NCBI RefSeq assembly: GCF_009914755.1
Contig: NC_060934.1
DNA from: the human T2T-CHM13v2.0 reference genome, Homo sapiens
DNA length: 64,000 nt
Reading direction: 5' to 3' (one strand)
The notes under the pieces are model-generated. The model made no database searches. It was not told the origin of the DNA and saw only the letters and a list, made by a program, of their open reading frames with translations. Every line of letters starts with the position of its first letter. Position 1 is the stretch's first letter. Below are positions 1 through 13,577 of this stretch, piece by piece. The position numbers and the translations under genes are program-made.

Positions 1-120
1 GGCAAGCATAATAAAATGTTAATTACAGAGCCTAAGTGATGTGTATGGGTATTCACTGCAAAATTTTTTCCGTTTCTTTGTATGACTGACATTTTCATGA
101 GATAAACTGGAAAAATAAAA
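1..120 (+). mobile_element. Old L1M (L1ME/MD-like) 3' end fragment
   Basis: tatgggtattcactgcaaaatt...cattttcat...aaaaataaaa resembles L1M 3' termini. Confidence 0.5.
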
Positions 121-205
121 ACCTATTACGGTCCCATAATACCATCTATCAGTTCAAAATTAGTTTTCTGAGTCTTTGTATAAGCAAAGATTGGAAGTAG
201 AAAGC

Positions 206-498
206 TTTTTATTTTTTGAGACAAGGTCTTGCTCTGTCACCCAGGCTGGAGTGCACTGACAGGATCATGGCTCACTGCAGTCTCCAACACCTGGGCTTGA
301 GTGATATTGTCGCCTCAGCCTCCCAAGAAGCTGGGACCACAGGTGCCTGCCACCATGCCCAGCTAATTTTTAAATTTTGTGTAGAGACGAGGTCTCCCTA
401 TGTTTTCTAGGCTGGTCTTGAACTCCTGGGCTCAAGCGATCCTCCTGCCTCAGCCTCCCAAAGTGTTGGGATTACAGCTGTGAGCCACTGTGCCTGTC
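206..498 (-). mobile_element. Alu (AluJ-like)
   Basis: Antisense Alu dimer; TSD-like tagaa(a)gcttttt on both sides. Confidence 0.9.
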
Positions 499-1109
499 TA
501 GAAGCTTTTTTAAAAAGAAAGAAAAATATTAAACTTTTACAAGTTCAAATACCAAATAAATACTGGTATTTCACACTTATTTCAGAGCAAAGAAAGCCCT
601 CACTCTATGCCAAAAGGAGAAAAAAGGCATCTCATTATGCTGTATGAATCCAATCATACCTGAATGTTTTACACGTAACCTCATCTTTCCTTTCCCCAAC
701 TCACCAGTCGCTGGGTTCAAACATGTTTCTCTTTTTATATAAACAGTTTGCCAAATATTAATGAGCTCTGAACACAGAAGCCAGAAGATTCCCTCAATCC
801 CAGCTAGGTGTAAACCCAAATCCCACTCTGTTCTATTGGACCTCCCTAAGAGCTCATGAGAGTTATTTGTGGGAGCTTCTTATCTCTTCCACACATCTGG
901 ATCCCATGCAGTATCAAGTACCAAGCCTCCCTCATAAAAGATGCTCAAGGTTGCTTTTCATGGTTCAAGGGCAAACAGGAACCACACATGGGGTGTTTTC
1001 ATCTTTGTTCATGAAAATTACCAGGCCCATGAAAAGCCCCTTATTTACATTGGTAAAATGCTATGAGGATCAACATTGTGTGAAATTATAATATAATCCT
1101 CTAAGTCAT

Positions 1110-1350
1110 AAAGCAGCACAGTTGGGGGGTGAAGTCCAGGCTGTCTCCTACATAACAGTAGAGTCTTCCAATTAATGTGCAAATTTGGGAAAGTCGTTTA
1201 ACTTCTTTGCACCTCACAGTCCTCTTCTATAGAGGGAGAATGATATTTACGCTGCATGCGATTGATGTGAAGATTAAATAAGATGATCTGTCAAGCTCCT
1301 TTGCATACTGTCTGGCATGTAAGAAGCACCGAGCACATGTTTCCTAATCG
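1110..1350 (+). mobile_element. MIR
   Basis: Core-like ttgggaaagtcgtttaacttctttgcacctc...gtgaagattaaataagatgat. Confidence 0.7.
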
Positions 1351-1766
1351 TCATTGTTAGTTTTACGTGTCCAGGTGAATGAAGCTGAGAGTGCCTGTCT
1401 CTATTACATCAATTTAACATTAAGTAGAGCAGACAAATCAATATTGACAATTCCAAGAATTTAATAAATCACAGTTATCTAAACAAACTTCACTCCTGGG
1501 GTCCTAAAGTCAGCATACAAAAACAGCACCACTTTAGATACAGCTTTCAGGATTGCAGAAGCTGCCTTTTTTCCTTGCAATGTGTGTCCATGGTGGGTTC
1601 TAAAGTCTCAGGGAGGGAAGGGACAGGGAAGTCACTTGTCCAGAACCTGAGAGGACACCCTCAGCAGTCTTTTTCCTCCTTCTCAACATCCTCAAGGGCA
1701 GAGAAATGGGCCTCCCGGTACCCTCTGGCCATTGGACAGAGGGTCATGATCCATCCTCGACATTTT

Positions 1767-2619
1767 AGCTGGGCAGGCGGAATGAGTCCTCCAAAGACAT
1801 CCAAGCCCTCATCCCCGGAACCTGTCAATACATTGTGTTAAAAAGGGACTGCAGAGGTCATTAGGGCTATGGATTTCAAGATAAAGAGATTATCCTGAAT
1901 GAGCCCCTAGAAGCAGGGAACTTTCTCCAGCTGTAGCCAGAGAGACATCGCAGAAGGGTAAGTCAGAGCAACTGGACATGCAGGAGGCCTGGATGCACTC
2001 TTGCTGACTTGGCAATGGAAGGGGCAAGGTGACAAGGAATGCAGGTGGCCTCACGGAGGTCAGAAAGGCTTCTGGCCAGGACAACAAAACAACAGGGACT
2101 CCGTCCTGAATTGGCAAGGAACTGAATTCCAAAAAGGAACATGGCCCAGCTGTTTGTTTGTTTGTTTGTTTGTTTTGAGACAGGGTCTTGTTCTGTTGCT
2201 CCGGTTGGAGTGCGGTTATGTGATCACGGCTCACTGCAGCTTCAACCTCCCAGGCTCAAGCGATCCTCCCACCTCAGCCTCTTAAGCAGCTGGGACCACA
2301 GTGTACCACCATGCCTGGCTAATTTTTTTTATTATTTGTAGAGATGAAGTCCTGCTATGTTGCACAGGGTAGTCTTAAATGCCTGGGCTCAAGCAATCTC
2401 CCCACCTTGGCTTCCCAAAGTTTTGAGATTGTAGGTGTGAGCCACCACACCTGGGCCCGATGCTTTGCTTTTGACCTTGTGAGACCCCAACCAGAGACTT
2501 GACTGAACCATGCTGTCTATACCCAAGCTTCTGACCCATGTAAATGGTGAGACAATAATGGGTGGCTAAATTGCTCCATTTGTGGCAGTTCGTTAAGGTA
2601 GAAATGGAAAACTAATGCA
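1767..2619 (+). mobile_element. MLT1 (ERVL-MaLR) solo LTR interrupted by an Alu
   Basis: ccaaagacatccaagccctcatccccggaacctgt start; ...tttgtggcagttcgtta...gaaaactaatgca end. Confidence 0.75.
2152..2457 (-). mobile_element. Alu (AluJ-like) with (TTTG)n tail
   Basis: Antisense Alu inside MLT1. Confidence 0.9.
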
Positions 2620-3617
2620 ATGAAAATATCAGAAGTTCCTTAACATGCTTCCCTTTTTTCCCTCTAGATCAAATACTCTCTGGAATTGAACCATCTTTCA
2701 CAAACAAGACTTTGAGGCTACCCCTTTAGGATTTCCTCCTTCTGATTAGTTCAGTTTAGCTATTCTAGGGCTGAGCTTGTCATGACCAGGGACAATGAGG
2801 TTTCTGTCACAGGGATGGGTGGGCACAGAGGAGTGCCAGTCCAGCCCAACACCAGCAAACATCATGAATGGGTAACAGTTATCACACGGATAAGCAGAGC
2901 ATACAATGCCAGGAGACCTGATTTCAAGCTGTCCTTTGAATGTGTCTGGCATCTAGGGTCAACCACAATCATCTGAGTATAGTCAGATCAGCTCATGATA
3001 CAGTAAGATTATGCCCCAATCTGCTTTCTAGAAACCACGCCTTCATCAAGGCAGCCCAACATCACCCTGGCGGTTCTGGTAGCCAAGCCACACTTTCGAC
3101 TTTTTACTTGATTAATGTTACAGTCACCTAAAAGATCTAAGTATTTTTCCCATGGATTAAAATAAAATTAACCCATTCTATGCTGCAACTTTGTAACTGC
3201 CATAGTTACTGGCTACAGAGGGTTATTATTTTTTCGATCTAAATTTGGACCTAACTTTTGCAAGCCCTCGTCTTACCTTTATAAGAAACTATAATCAATG
3301 TCGTCACCTAATCATTAATAAAATATGATTAATTATAAAGGATAAATTATTAATAATTAAACAACTAAGATAATAGCAAATGTTACTTATAATAAAATGT
3401 TAAGATACAAAGTACACGTGCTTTAATTCTCTCTGTTAATATACATTTCCCTTAGAATACACTTCTTATTGACTCCTCTGTGAGGGAAGAGATTTAAGCC
3501 ATAATTGTGGTGCAAGGAAACCACACCACAACCACACTCAAATAATGTCAGAATAAAGAGGAAGAGAGTGAACGTCATTCATTGAGACTGGGCTACTAAT
3601 GGCTGTTCTTGAAATCA

Positions 3618-3974
<357 letters not shown>

Positions 3975-4646
3975 TCAGTGCTCTTCATTCAGCTCTGCCA
4001 AAATGACATTAAAACTCTTTCTCCCAATACAAATTCAATCATTTTCCTATTCAAATTCTGAGCTCAAGATAGTACATCTAAGAAAATAAAAATGTTCATC
4101 TGACTTGGAACTACCTGGGCCTTTTCTCATTAAGTGTATGCCTCTCTATCCTTGTGGGAGTACAGATTAAAACAAGGCAAACAAAATTATAAAACAATCT
4201 CTGGTAAACTCAATTTTCACTTCCAAGGTATCTTTTCCTAAGCTAACTGCTACTTCCCAAAATTCCAAAAGATCTTGCTAGTTCTCACATTTGAGTGTCC
4301 TTATATATTTCATATAAAAGTAGGAGTTCAAAATATGGATGAACAGATGAAATCCACATTTGATCATCTTATCTACCCATCCAGTTTAAGGAATATAAGA
4401 CAGCTTGACCTAATTCTTCCATCGTTATTATTCAGAGATTCCCAGTGACGATGAAAATCACTAAAGCACCAGTATTGTCCAGGCTGTGCTGTAGCTACTT
4501 TAAATATTTGATCAACTAGGGCCTCTTCTACTTAATTTGCAACTTTTAGGAATCCTGAGTGATGGAATACACACTTATGCTCCTTGAAATAAGACTTCTG
4601 TGTCCCACCGTGCATAACTCCTTGAAATATCTAGAAATCAACATTA

Positions 4647-5000
<354 letters not shown>

Positions 5001-6780
5001 TTAGTCATACGAGAGTTAGTGGGTTTCATCTGAATCAAGAGACTCATGCCTAATTACATAAAAACTACCATCTAGATGTCCTTCTCACTTTAGGCATTTA
5101 TTTTTCCACTTATTTTCCAATAGGATTGTAAACTTTCCGAGGTGAGAATTGCAAAATAATCAAGCTTATGCAAAAAATATAATGCCCCTCCCCGACAGAC
5201 CACCTCTTTTTGTCCAATAAGTATTTAGCACACTGTCTTCATACAGCAGATGCTAAGATTTAGGAACTTGATTTCAAGAGCAGAAAACAGGTCAGCTACA
5301 GATGAAGGAAGTGAGGGTGTAGAGCAACTATGGAAAGGAGGATAAAGGAAACGCTTTAGAGGAGACGATTTGAACTGGGAAGAGCAGGAGACAGTGGGAA
5401 AGGCATTCAAAGACAGGCATGGAGGTCGTAAAGGCCGGGCTTAGTCATCCAGGCTTCACACTTCGGGCAAAAGGGACATACTTCGCATTATTCTGCAGGA
5501 CAGGAATGTGAATTAAATGGTGCTTGAAGACAGACAACATGGAAGAGGGTTTTGAGTTGAAAGGACAAATTAAAACTGAGATGAAGACGATGCTGTCTTT
5601 AGCAAGGACCCAAGAGGGCTAAGGTAGACATGGAGTGGAAATCAGCAGAAATGAATGAATACTATGTCTAAGCTATGAGAGAGAGACAAAGATGCTACCT
5701 TAACCTGTGGCAAGGTCATCGGCCTTAAAATAACTGAATGATTCACTCCCTTCCTCCATTATTTATCTACCTTTTGGCCAAAGCCCAGAAATCGAGAAGG
5801 TTCAAGCTTCTCTGCAGCTTTAAGTTCAGTTCCTTGGCAGGAGACTGATGGCAGGACACTTCATCACCCTTCTCCTTCCCCTAGACATGAGGTTGGATGG
5901 AGTCCCATATGACTCCACCAAGCCATCAGTGACCCCTTCAGCTTCTGTTTGAGACCCTGCCCAAATGTCACCTGTCTCCCCTCTTTGGGGCCCACTGAAC
6001 TGGATTCTTTTGCTCCCAAATGAGATGGAAATTGCAGGAAAGCAAGCAACTCCTCCCTCCCTCTATTCCCCAACAGATGCAGTGGCAAGGCTTGTCGAGG
6101 TGTTTCCACAGCGCTCCTCCCTCATCAGCATGGGGGCTTCTTGGATTGTTCAAATGGCCCTGGGCCCTGGAGCTGGTGGGGTGCATTTGCCTGAGAGAGG
6201 CAGAGAAATCTCAGAGGGGCCATGCTGAGCCCTGGGGAGGACAACTGGGAGGCCATTCAAGTCGGGTGGGTGGAGGGTGGGGGGGCGGTCCCTAACATTT
6301 CATTACATAAAGGCAGAAGGGACTATGGCGACATCCCATCCCAGCTTTCTTTTACTTCATTTGGTTACTAACAGATATGTTTCAACAAAAATTAGAGCAC
6401 AGTCAAAAAGCCAGCAAGACTTCTGAAAGTGGCTTTTGGCAGGGGTTTCAGAGGCTACATGTTCTCCCTGCAGGTGTGAATCCCAGCTCTGGAAGGAACA
6501 CAGCACACTCAATGGACCCGAACATAAGACAAGCCACAGCCCACTTTTCCTTCCTCATCTGGAAGGAAAACAGTTATTCTGGTGATGGTGGGTGTCCTTG
6601 AGGTGGTCCCCAAGGATCCCTGTCATGGCTCCAGTTTGGTGGAATTCTGGTAAACCGATGCAAAAACTCCATGCGTTTTTCCAAATGTAACTTCAGTAGC
6701 TCAGTTCCAAAAAGCAGTCCATGCTGCACCACCATCCTGTGTGGGCGAATCTCTATTCACAGTTCTTAGGGGTTAGGGTC

Positions 6781-7286
6781 TGTGTTAGTTCCCTATTGCT
6801 GCCATAACAAATTATCAAACAACTCAGTGGTTGGAAACAACACACACTTATAATCTTACAGTTCTGGAGGTCGGAAGTCCAAAATCAGTTTCACTGGGCT
6901 AAAGCCAAGATGTCAGCAAGCCTGCATTCCTTCTGGAGGCTCTAGGGTAAAATTGGTTTCCTTGCCTTTTCTGGCTTCTAGAAGCCACCTGCATTCCTTG
7001 GCTCCTGGCCCCTTTCTCTATCTGCAAAGGTATCTGTGTAGCGTCTTCATTCTCTCCCTGACTTGGACCCCTTGCTTCTATTAGCACATCTCCTCTGACT
7101 TTGACCTTCCTGCTTCCCTCTTGTGATTGATTACAATGGGCCCAGCTGGATGATAATTCAGACTAATCTTCCCATCTCAAGATCCTTAACAGAATCACTT
7201 GGCCACAGTCTTTAGCCATGTAAAGTCACATACGGTTCCAGGGATCAGAATATGGACATTCTGGGGGCCATTATTCTACTACCACA
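6781..7286 (-). mobile_element. MLT1D-like MaLR solo LTR
   Basis: tgtgttagttccctattgctgccataacaaatta ... gggggccattattctactaccaca termini. Confidence 0.85.
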
Positions 7287-7713
7287 ACGTCTGCATGGCC
7301 AGAGAGCACAATTACCTTAGGTCACCTGGCCTGGGTTTCCTCATCTCCAGAACAAGGAACATCAACTTTATCCCCAAGACTCTTCGGGCACTAACATTTG
7401 CTACGTAAATTTATCTATGAGATTCCTACTGCATGGATTTTAAGGGAGGGAAGGGACGTAAGCAGACACTTAGATTTTGAGTCTGGTTAACAGAGAAGCA
7501 GGAATGCCGGGCTGCAGAAGGAAGGACAAAGAGTTTGAGGTAAACCTGGAGTGCTGAAACGGAGATGTCTACCAGTTTGCTGGACATAAAGAGATGGAGC
7601 TATGACATCAACTAAAGATGCGAGAGCCTGAGTCGTCCATCCAGAGGGGCTTAATTCCCAGAATTTGCAAAGATTAATAAGTTCTGAAAATGGTAAATGA
7701 AAGGAAGAAAAGG

Positions 7714-8071
<358 letters not shown>

Positions 8072-8336
8072 CTAAAAGTAAGAGGAGCTGGCGAATGAAA
8101 CAGAGGCTTGATCAGAGAAGGTGGAGTCATCTTACATATGCTGACTCAGCTGTTTAGGGGAACTTAACCTGAAGCCCTTTCTAAAATGGTTAGTTGCCTC
8201 AAATTTTGCCTATTTACAAGTTAGATTTATTTTTTAAATAATGGTTTTCTTAATTCAGGGTATGCTATTGGGTTACACTGTAGAATTTCTTTTTTAAGAA
8301 ACAGTTATTTCATACAATTCTTTGGTCGAGTACTGA

Positions 8337-8652
<316 letters not shown>

Positions 8653-9112
8653 TAATTTCTAAAATACATTTAAAATATATTCAGTTCTGTGTTTCCTGGA
8701 GTTGAATAATTTAGCTAAAACTGCCGTCTTTATGAGTCCTAAAGTCATATTTGGTGATATTAAGTGAAAATGATTTGTGTAAAATCTTCTCTATAACTTG
8801 ATCAAACTATAACAGCATTACTGGTATGTATAATTTCCACTAAACATGTTTCACAAAAAGTACACAAGGTATTTGTCATCACAGGACAAACTCCTCTCTC
8901 TAGATCTCTGAAATATGCTTTATTCAATTTTTTCTTCATGATACAGCATTATACATACCTGCTGTCTATCCAGTTTATTTCCATATGTTTTCTTGGTAAG
9001 CAGTGTTTACTAAAAGTAGGAAATTAATATTTACTAAAAATTCCAAATTAGTATTTCCCAGCAATAATAAAGATGCACAGTTAGATTTACTGAGATGTCA
9101 GTAATTTGGTTA

Positions 9113-9458
<346 letters not shown>

Positions 9459-10864
9459 AAAACTGAGAAAGTATTAATACTTGAAAGCTATTTGTTTAGA
9501 AATGCATGCACTATTTTCCTTCTTTTGGTTTGGATGTTAAGGTAACAACCTATAAGTTACAAAGTATTATAGACAAGTACAAATAAGATATAAAAATAAT
9601 TCATGAAGTCATTTCAAAGACTTTTCCAGAAATTCCCTAGATGTTACTGTTGCTCCTGCATAAAGCCCTCACACCTGGCTTGCAAGGAAGCCCAGCGGCC
9701 TCTGTGAGTCCAGCTCCTGCGGTTTCCCAGGATGTGAGCCCATGAGTTTTATTTAGAAGTCATGCTCTTAATACAATGTCACCGTAAGTTAGGCTTGTTG
9801 GATGATCCTCCTGATACCTTACATGGCTTCGTGGTCTTTCAACAGATCCCAGTGTTCTAATAACTGAAGTTTGAGTTTGGCAAAGAATAGACCTCTTAGA
9901 GAAGAGACAAAGCCAATCATTGTCTTCAAATGTTATAACAGATTGCAGCTTTTCTGAGATGAGCAAAAAGCTAGCGCATCATCGCAAAACACCTTGCACT
10001 TTTCAGCACTGGGTTTGCCTCAAACACCTGCTAGATATCCAGCGACAAAATAAACATCATCCAATAAGATGTCTGAGCATGAAGTTCTTAACCTAGCTCT
10101 GACCTTCCTTTTGGCACATAAATAAGAGTGCTGGGCTTCAAAAACACATCCCTAAAGAGTACATCTGCACAGCTTACTGCTCCTCCAGGACAGCTCTCTC
10201 TATTGAACCCAGCCTCATTACAGTTTTGCAAAAGAGGTGAAGAAAATCAAAATGGGTCAATACTTTTGAACAACAATTTTGAAAAATTCCCAGAAAATAG
10301 ATTCGATACTATAAATGCTCCAGAGCAACTGAGAGGAAACACTTAATAAAAATAGTCATAGTCTAGAGCTAGTTCAAATTCATGATAAACAAAGCCAACC
10401 CTTACCGTGACAACTGACTGTGGCATTGGAAATCACTTTGCCAATTCGAAGCAGCTACGGGAAGAGAGTCTGAAGCCAAGCCTCCAATTTTATCTTGAAT
10501 ATATAAAAAGCAAAGTAATGCCAAGAAATTCTGCAGATGCTAGTTTCATCAGATGACATAAAGACTCATTTAATCAAAAAGGTGTCATTTAGTTCTAGCA
10601 ATCTAGTTGGACTACTACAGTATATGATTTCCGTCTGTTTGAGGTCTCTAAGCAGTTTTACCAAAGTAATTGCCAAATCCTGTTGGTGCATAATATGTAT
10701 GTGCAATGCTTGTTCAAAGAATGATTCAAACAACAGATTCTACATAAAAGCAAGATTCTTACAAATTAGCTTTTGGGGAAGGTAAACATTGAACTTTTCT
10801 TCTTAAAATGCAAGCCAATGATGATCACTAAAGGTTGCGTTATGGTGTAGGTATTAGCTATGGT

Positions 10865-11000
10865 TGATGCTTACCTACTCAGCACCATCTGAGCACCAAC
10901 TGTATGCATAACAACCTACAACCCACTGTGGGAAATGCAAAGTGAAATCAGATGCAGCATTTGTCTTCATCGTGTACATGATCCAGGAAAGCAGAGAACA
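10865..11000 (-). mobile_element. L2 3' fragment
   Basis: ctgagcaccaactgtatgc...cactgtgggaaatgcaaagtgaaatcaga resembles an antisense L2 tail. Confidence 0.45.
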
Positions 11001-11425
11001 CATGAATTTTAAAACTACGTCATACTACAGCAAGTGAACATTAAGATGCTTTGAAGAACTCAGTGAGTTGGGACTGACCTTCTAATGTCAAAGGAGAAAT
11101 TGTCCATTCCCTTAAAAATGCTGCTAGCTCAAAATCCAAATGCCAGGTAGTGAGACCTGATTTCTGAAAGAGTTCCTGGGCTCAAGGCTTTAAAAAGCCA
11201 TCCTTACAGTAGATAACAACAAAGGAAGTAATCCAAGGGGTAAACTATGCCAAGATACTTGATCTCCCACTCCAACCATACCCTAAACTAAGCCACTGCT
11301 AGCCATGGCAGAAACCTCTTCTCATGTTGACCATTTCCCTCCCATTTCGCATAATATTCCATTCCTGAGAGGCGGATTTTTAGCAGCAAGAGCTGGGTAA
11401 AACGTGGTCTTAGACCTAAACCTGT

Positions 11426-11460
11426 TATATATATATTGAATATATATATATATATATATT
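11426..11460. repeat. (TA)n microsatellite
   Basis: Direct observation. Confidence 0.9.
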
Positions 11461-13100
11461 GAAGACATGCCTTCCTTTCTCTAATTCAGAAGTGCATGAA
11501 TTTAATATTTCCATATATTGGTATTTCAAGTGCAAAAGGAAAAATTCAACTTGCTCTTTAAAATTAACGGCCTCGCTGAAGTGCAAATATCATTCTCTAA
11601 AATAGCTGATTCAAAAAAGCAGTAGGGTATTAATAAAAGAAGCTGCAATGCAACACTGATGATCTAATGTCCTAAACATTCGTTTCCTACACGAAGAGAC
11701 ATATAGGTCTTTTTGTATTTTGTAGCTGTCCGCTCTTCCATGATATGCATTACTAAAATTATACACAATTCATAACGGTCATATTCTACCATGGCCATAG
11801 AAGCAGCAATGCATTTAAGATATACCAGGAAATGATACTGCAAGTGCCAGAATATGAAAACCTTCAACTCAACATGTAGGCAACAAACTCAACCCAACAG
11901 AGTGTTGGCAGAGCCTTTCCTCCCCGTAGCAACATCGTGGTGGAAGCCCGGGCGTCTCTGCTCCCAGGCACCCTGAGCATGTTAGCCGAGGAAAGGGGGT
12001 TCCAGCAAGGAGACCCTCGGATGCAGCACTCCTCGTTTCTTTGGCCTGCAGGGCCAACTTTGCAGGACACACACCCTTCTGAGGGGACAGGCCTCGGGCT
12101 CGGAATCCCGGGGTTCTGCAGGGCTGCAGGGAGCTCCCTCGCAGAGACCTGAGCCCCCGGCAAGAGTCCAGGCAGCGGTGCCCTGGGTGAATGCAGAGGC
12201 TCATCTGCGGGCCTCAGTGGCCCTTTTGAAAACGCCAGCAACAGAGGAGTCCTCGACGCTGTCCCCACAAAAATGTGCCAAGCAAGCCTCAGGGTGGGTG
12301 TGGGGGACTCCCCTCAAAAAACGCTGATTTTTAAAAACAAAAGACAGGCTCGTGGTCATTCTCAGAGGCGACCACGTTACTCCCAGGGCTGGAAAGCAGA
12401 TTTGTGGAGGCCAAAGACGAGACAAAAGGCACGAGCTGGCGACAAACTGATCTGGAAAGGATTTTTCTTTTTTTTTTTTTTTTTTTGGTGAGCGATGAGG
12501 GCCTCCCAGTTCAATTCTTTCTTCCCTTACAGAGAAGACTCATGGGCCGCTGAGCAAATCCCTTATGGTCTGGAAGAGACGTCAGATAGGCAGGGGGAGA
12601 GAACCCCCCAAACTTTCCCAAACTGCGGCAGGCTAGTGGCTAGTGGCGGCAGCGGACCTCGGGGCCCCGGGACACAGGGGGCACCCCGGGGCGTCAGCCA
12701 CCCCCTCCCGCCACAACAAAAGGCCCCAGCGCAGCCCAGGAGCTGGGACTTCCCAGACCCGAGCCCGGCGTGGGGAGCCGGGAGCGCGATCGGGCGGCGC
12801 GCCCTGGGCGGCCCCTCTGTCCGCGGCGACATGGGAGACAGAGCCGCGTGTCCGAGGCGCGGCATAAAGGGGACCCCCGGGCGCATCCAGACGAGCCCCC
12901 GCCGCAGCGGCGACAGCAGCTGGAGCTGCCCGCGCCCCCGCCCGACCCAGCCCCCGATCCCCGGCCCCCGAAGCCTCCGCCCGGGTCACCCCGCGTCGCC
13001 GGCCCGCGCCGCCCCCTCGGGAGCGCGTTGCGGGTGCTGCAGGCCCGGAGGCTCCCGATGCGGCTCGGGCTGCGTCGCCACCACGCGGCCCGGGACCCTC

Positions 13101-13124
13101 CCGCCGCCGCCGCCGCCGCCGCCG
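13101..13124 (+). repeat. (CCG)8 trinucleotide repeat, intron 1
   Basis: Counted directly. Confidence 0.95.
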
Positions 13125-13181
13125 CCTCCGCGCCAGGCCCGGCGCGACACAAAGCCCCCGGCCCCGCCGCCGCCCACTGAC

Positions 13182-13278
13182 CTTGGGCTCCGGCGCCGGG
13201 CTCCCGCAGCGTCTTGGTCACCGCCTTCCAGACGTGGCAGCCCAGCAGGCACAGCAGCAGCGTCGCGGACCTGCTCAT
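13182..13278 (-). CDS. FAM171A1: FAM171A1 first coding exon (97 nt: 32 codons + 1 nt, phase-1 intron); encodes N-terminal signal peptide of a single-pass membrane protein
   Basis: Minus-strand translation MSRSATLLLCLLGCHVWKAVTKTLREPGAGAQ matches the FAM171A1 N-terminus as I recall it (continuing E-VTLKVH... in exon 2, outside the window). ATG 13278-13276 in gcggagATG context; donor AAG|GTCAGT at 13182|13181; lies in a CpG island. Confidence 0.93.
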
Positions 13279-13337
13279 CTCCGCCGCGGGGCCGGCGACG
13301 GCTCGGGCTCGCCGAGAGCGGGCCGGGCGGCGGCGCG

Positions 13338-13370
13338 TCACGGGCGGCCGGGCGCCGCGCCCCCCTCCAT
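13338..13370 (-). other. Candidate upstream ORF MEGGAAPGRP* in FAM171A1 5' leader
   Basis: ATG 13370-13368 (gcGacATGG), TGA 13340-13338; relevant only if the TSS is upstream of 13370. Confidence 0.5.
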
Positions 13371-13400
13371 GTCGCTGGCTCCGCGCGCCGGGCCCGCCGC

Positions 13401-13420
13401 CCGATTGGCCCGGCCCCGCC
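13401..13420 (-). promoter_or_regulatory. NF-Y CCAAT box (GGCCAATCGG) with adjacent Sp/KLF GC box (GGCGGGGCC)
   Basis: Plus-strand ccgattggcc at 13401-13410 and ggccccgcc at 13412-13420. Confidence 0.6.
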
Positions 13421-13470
13421 GCCCCGGCCGCTCCCTCCCGCGCCCCGCGCCGGGTTTCCCCGAAGAGCCG

Positions 13471-13503
13471 CGGCGGCGGCGGCGGCGGCGGCGGCTGCTG
13501 CTG
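13471..13503 (+). repeat. (CGG)8(CTG)3 trinucleotide repeat, promoter/5' UTR
   Basis: Counted directly; a further (CCG)5 lies at 13537-13551. Confidence 0.95.
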
Positions 13504-13577
13504 CTCCGCCAGCTCCTTAACCCCTTCCTGCCTCGCCCGCCGCCGCCGCCGCTGCCCGCGCCCAGGCCCCGGGCCCG

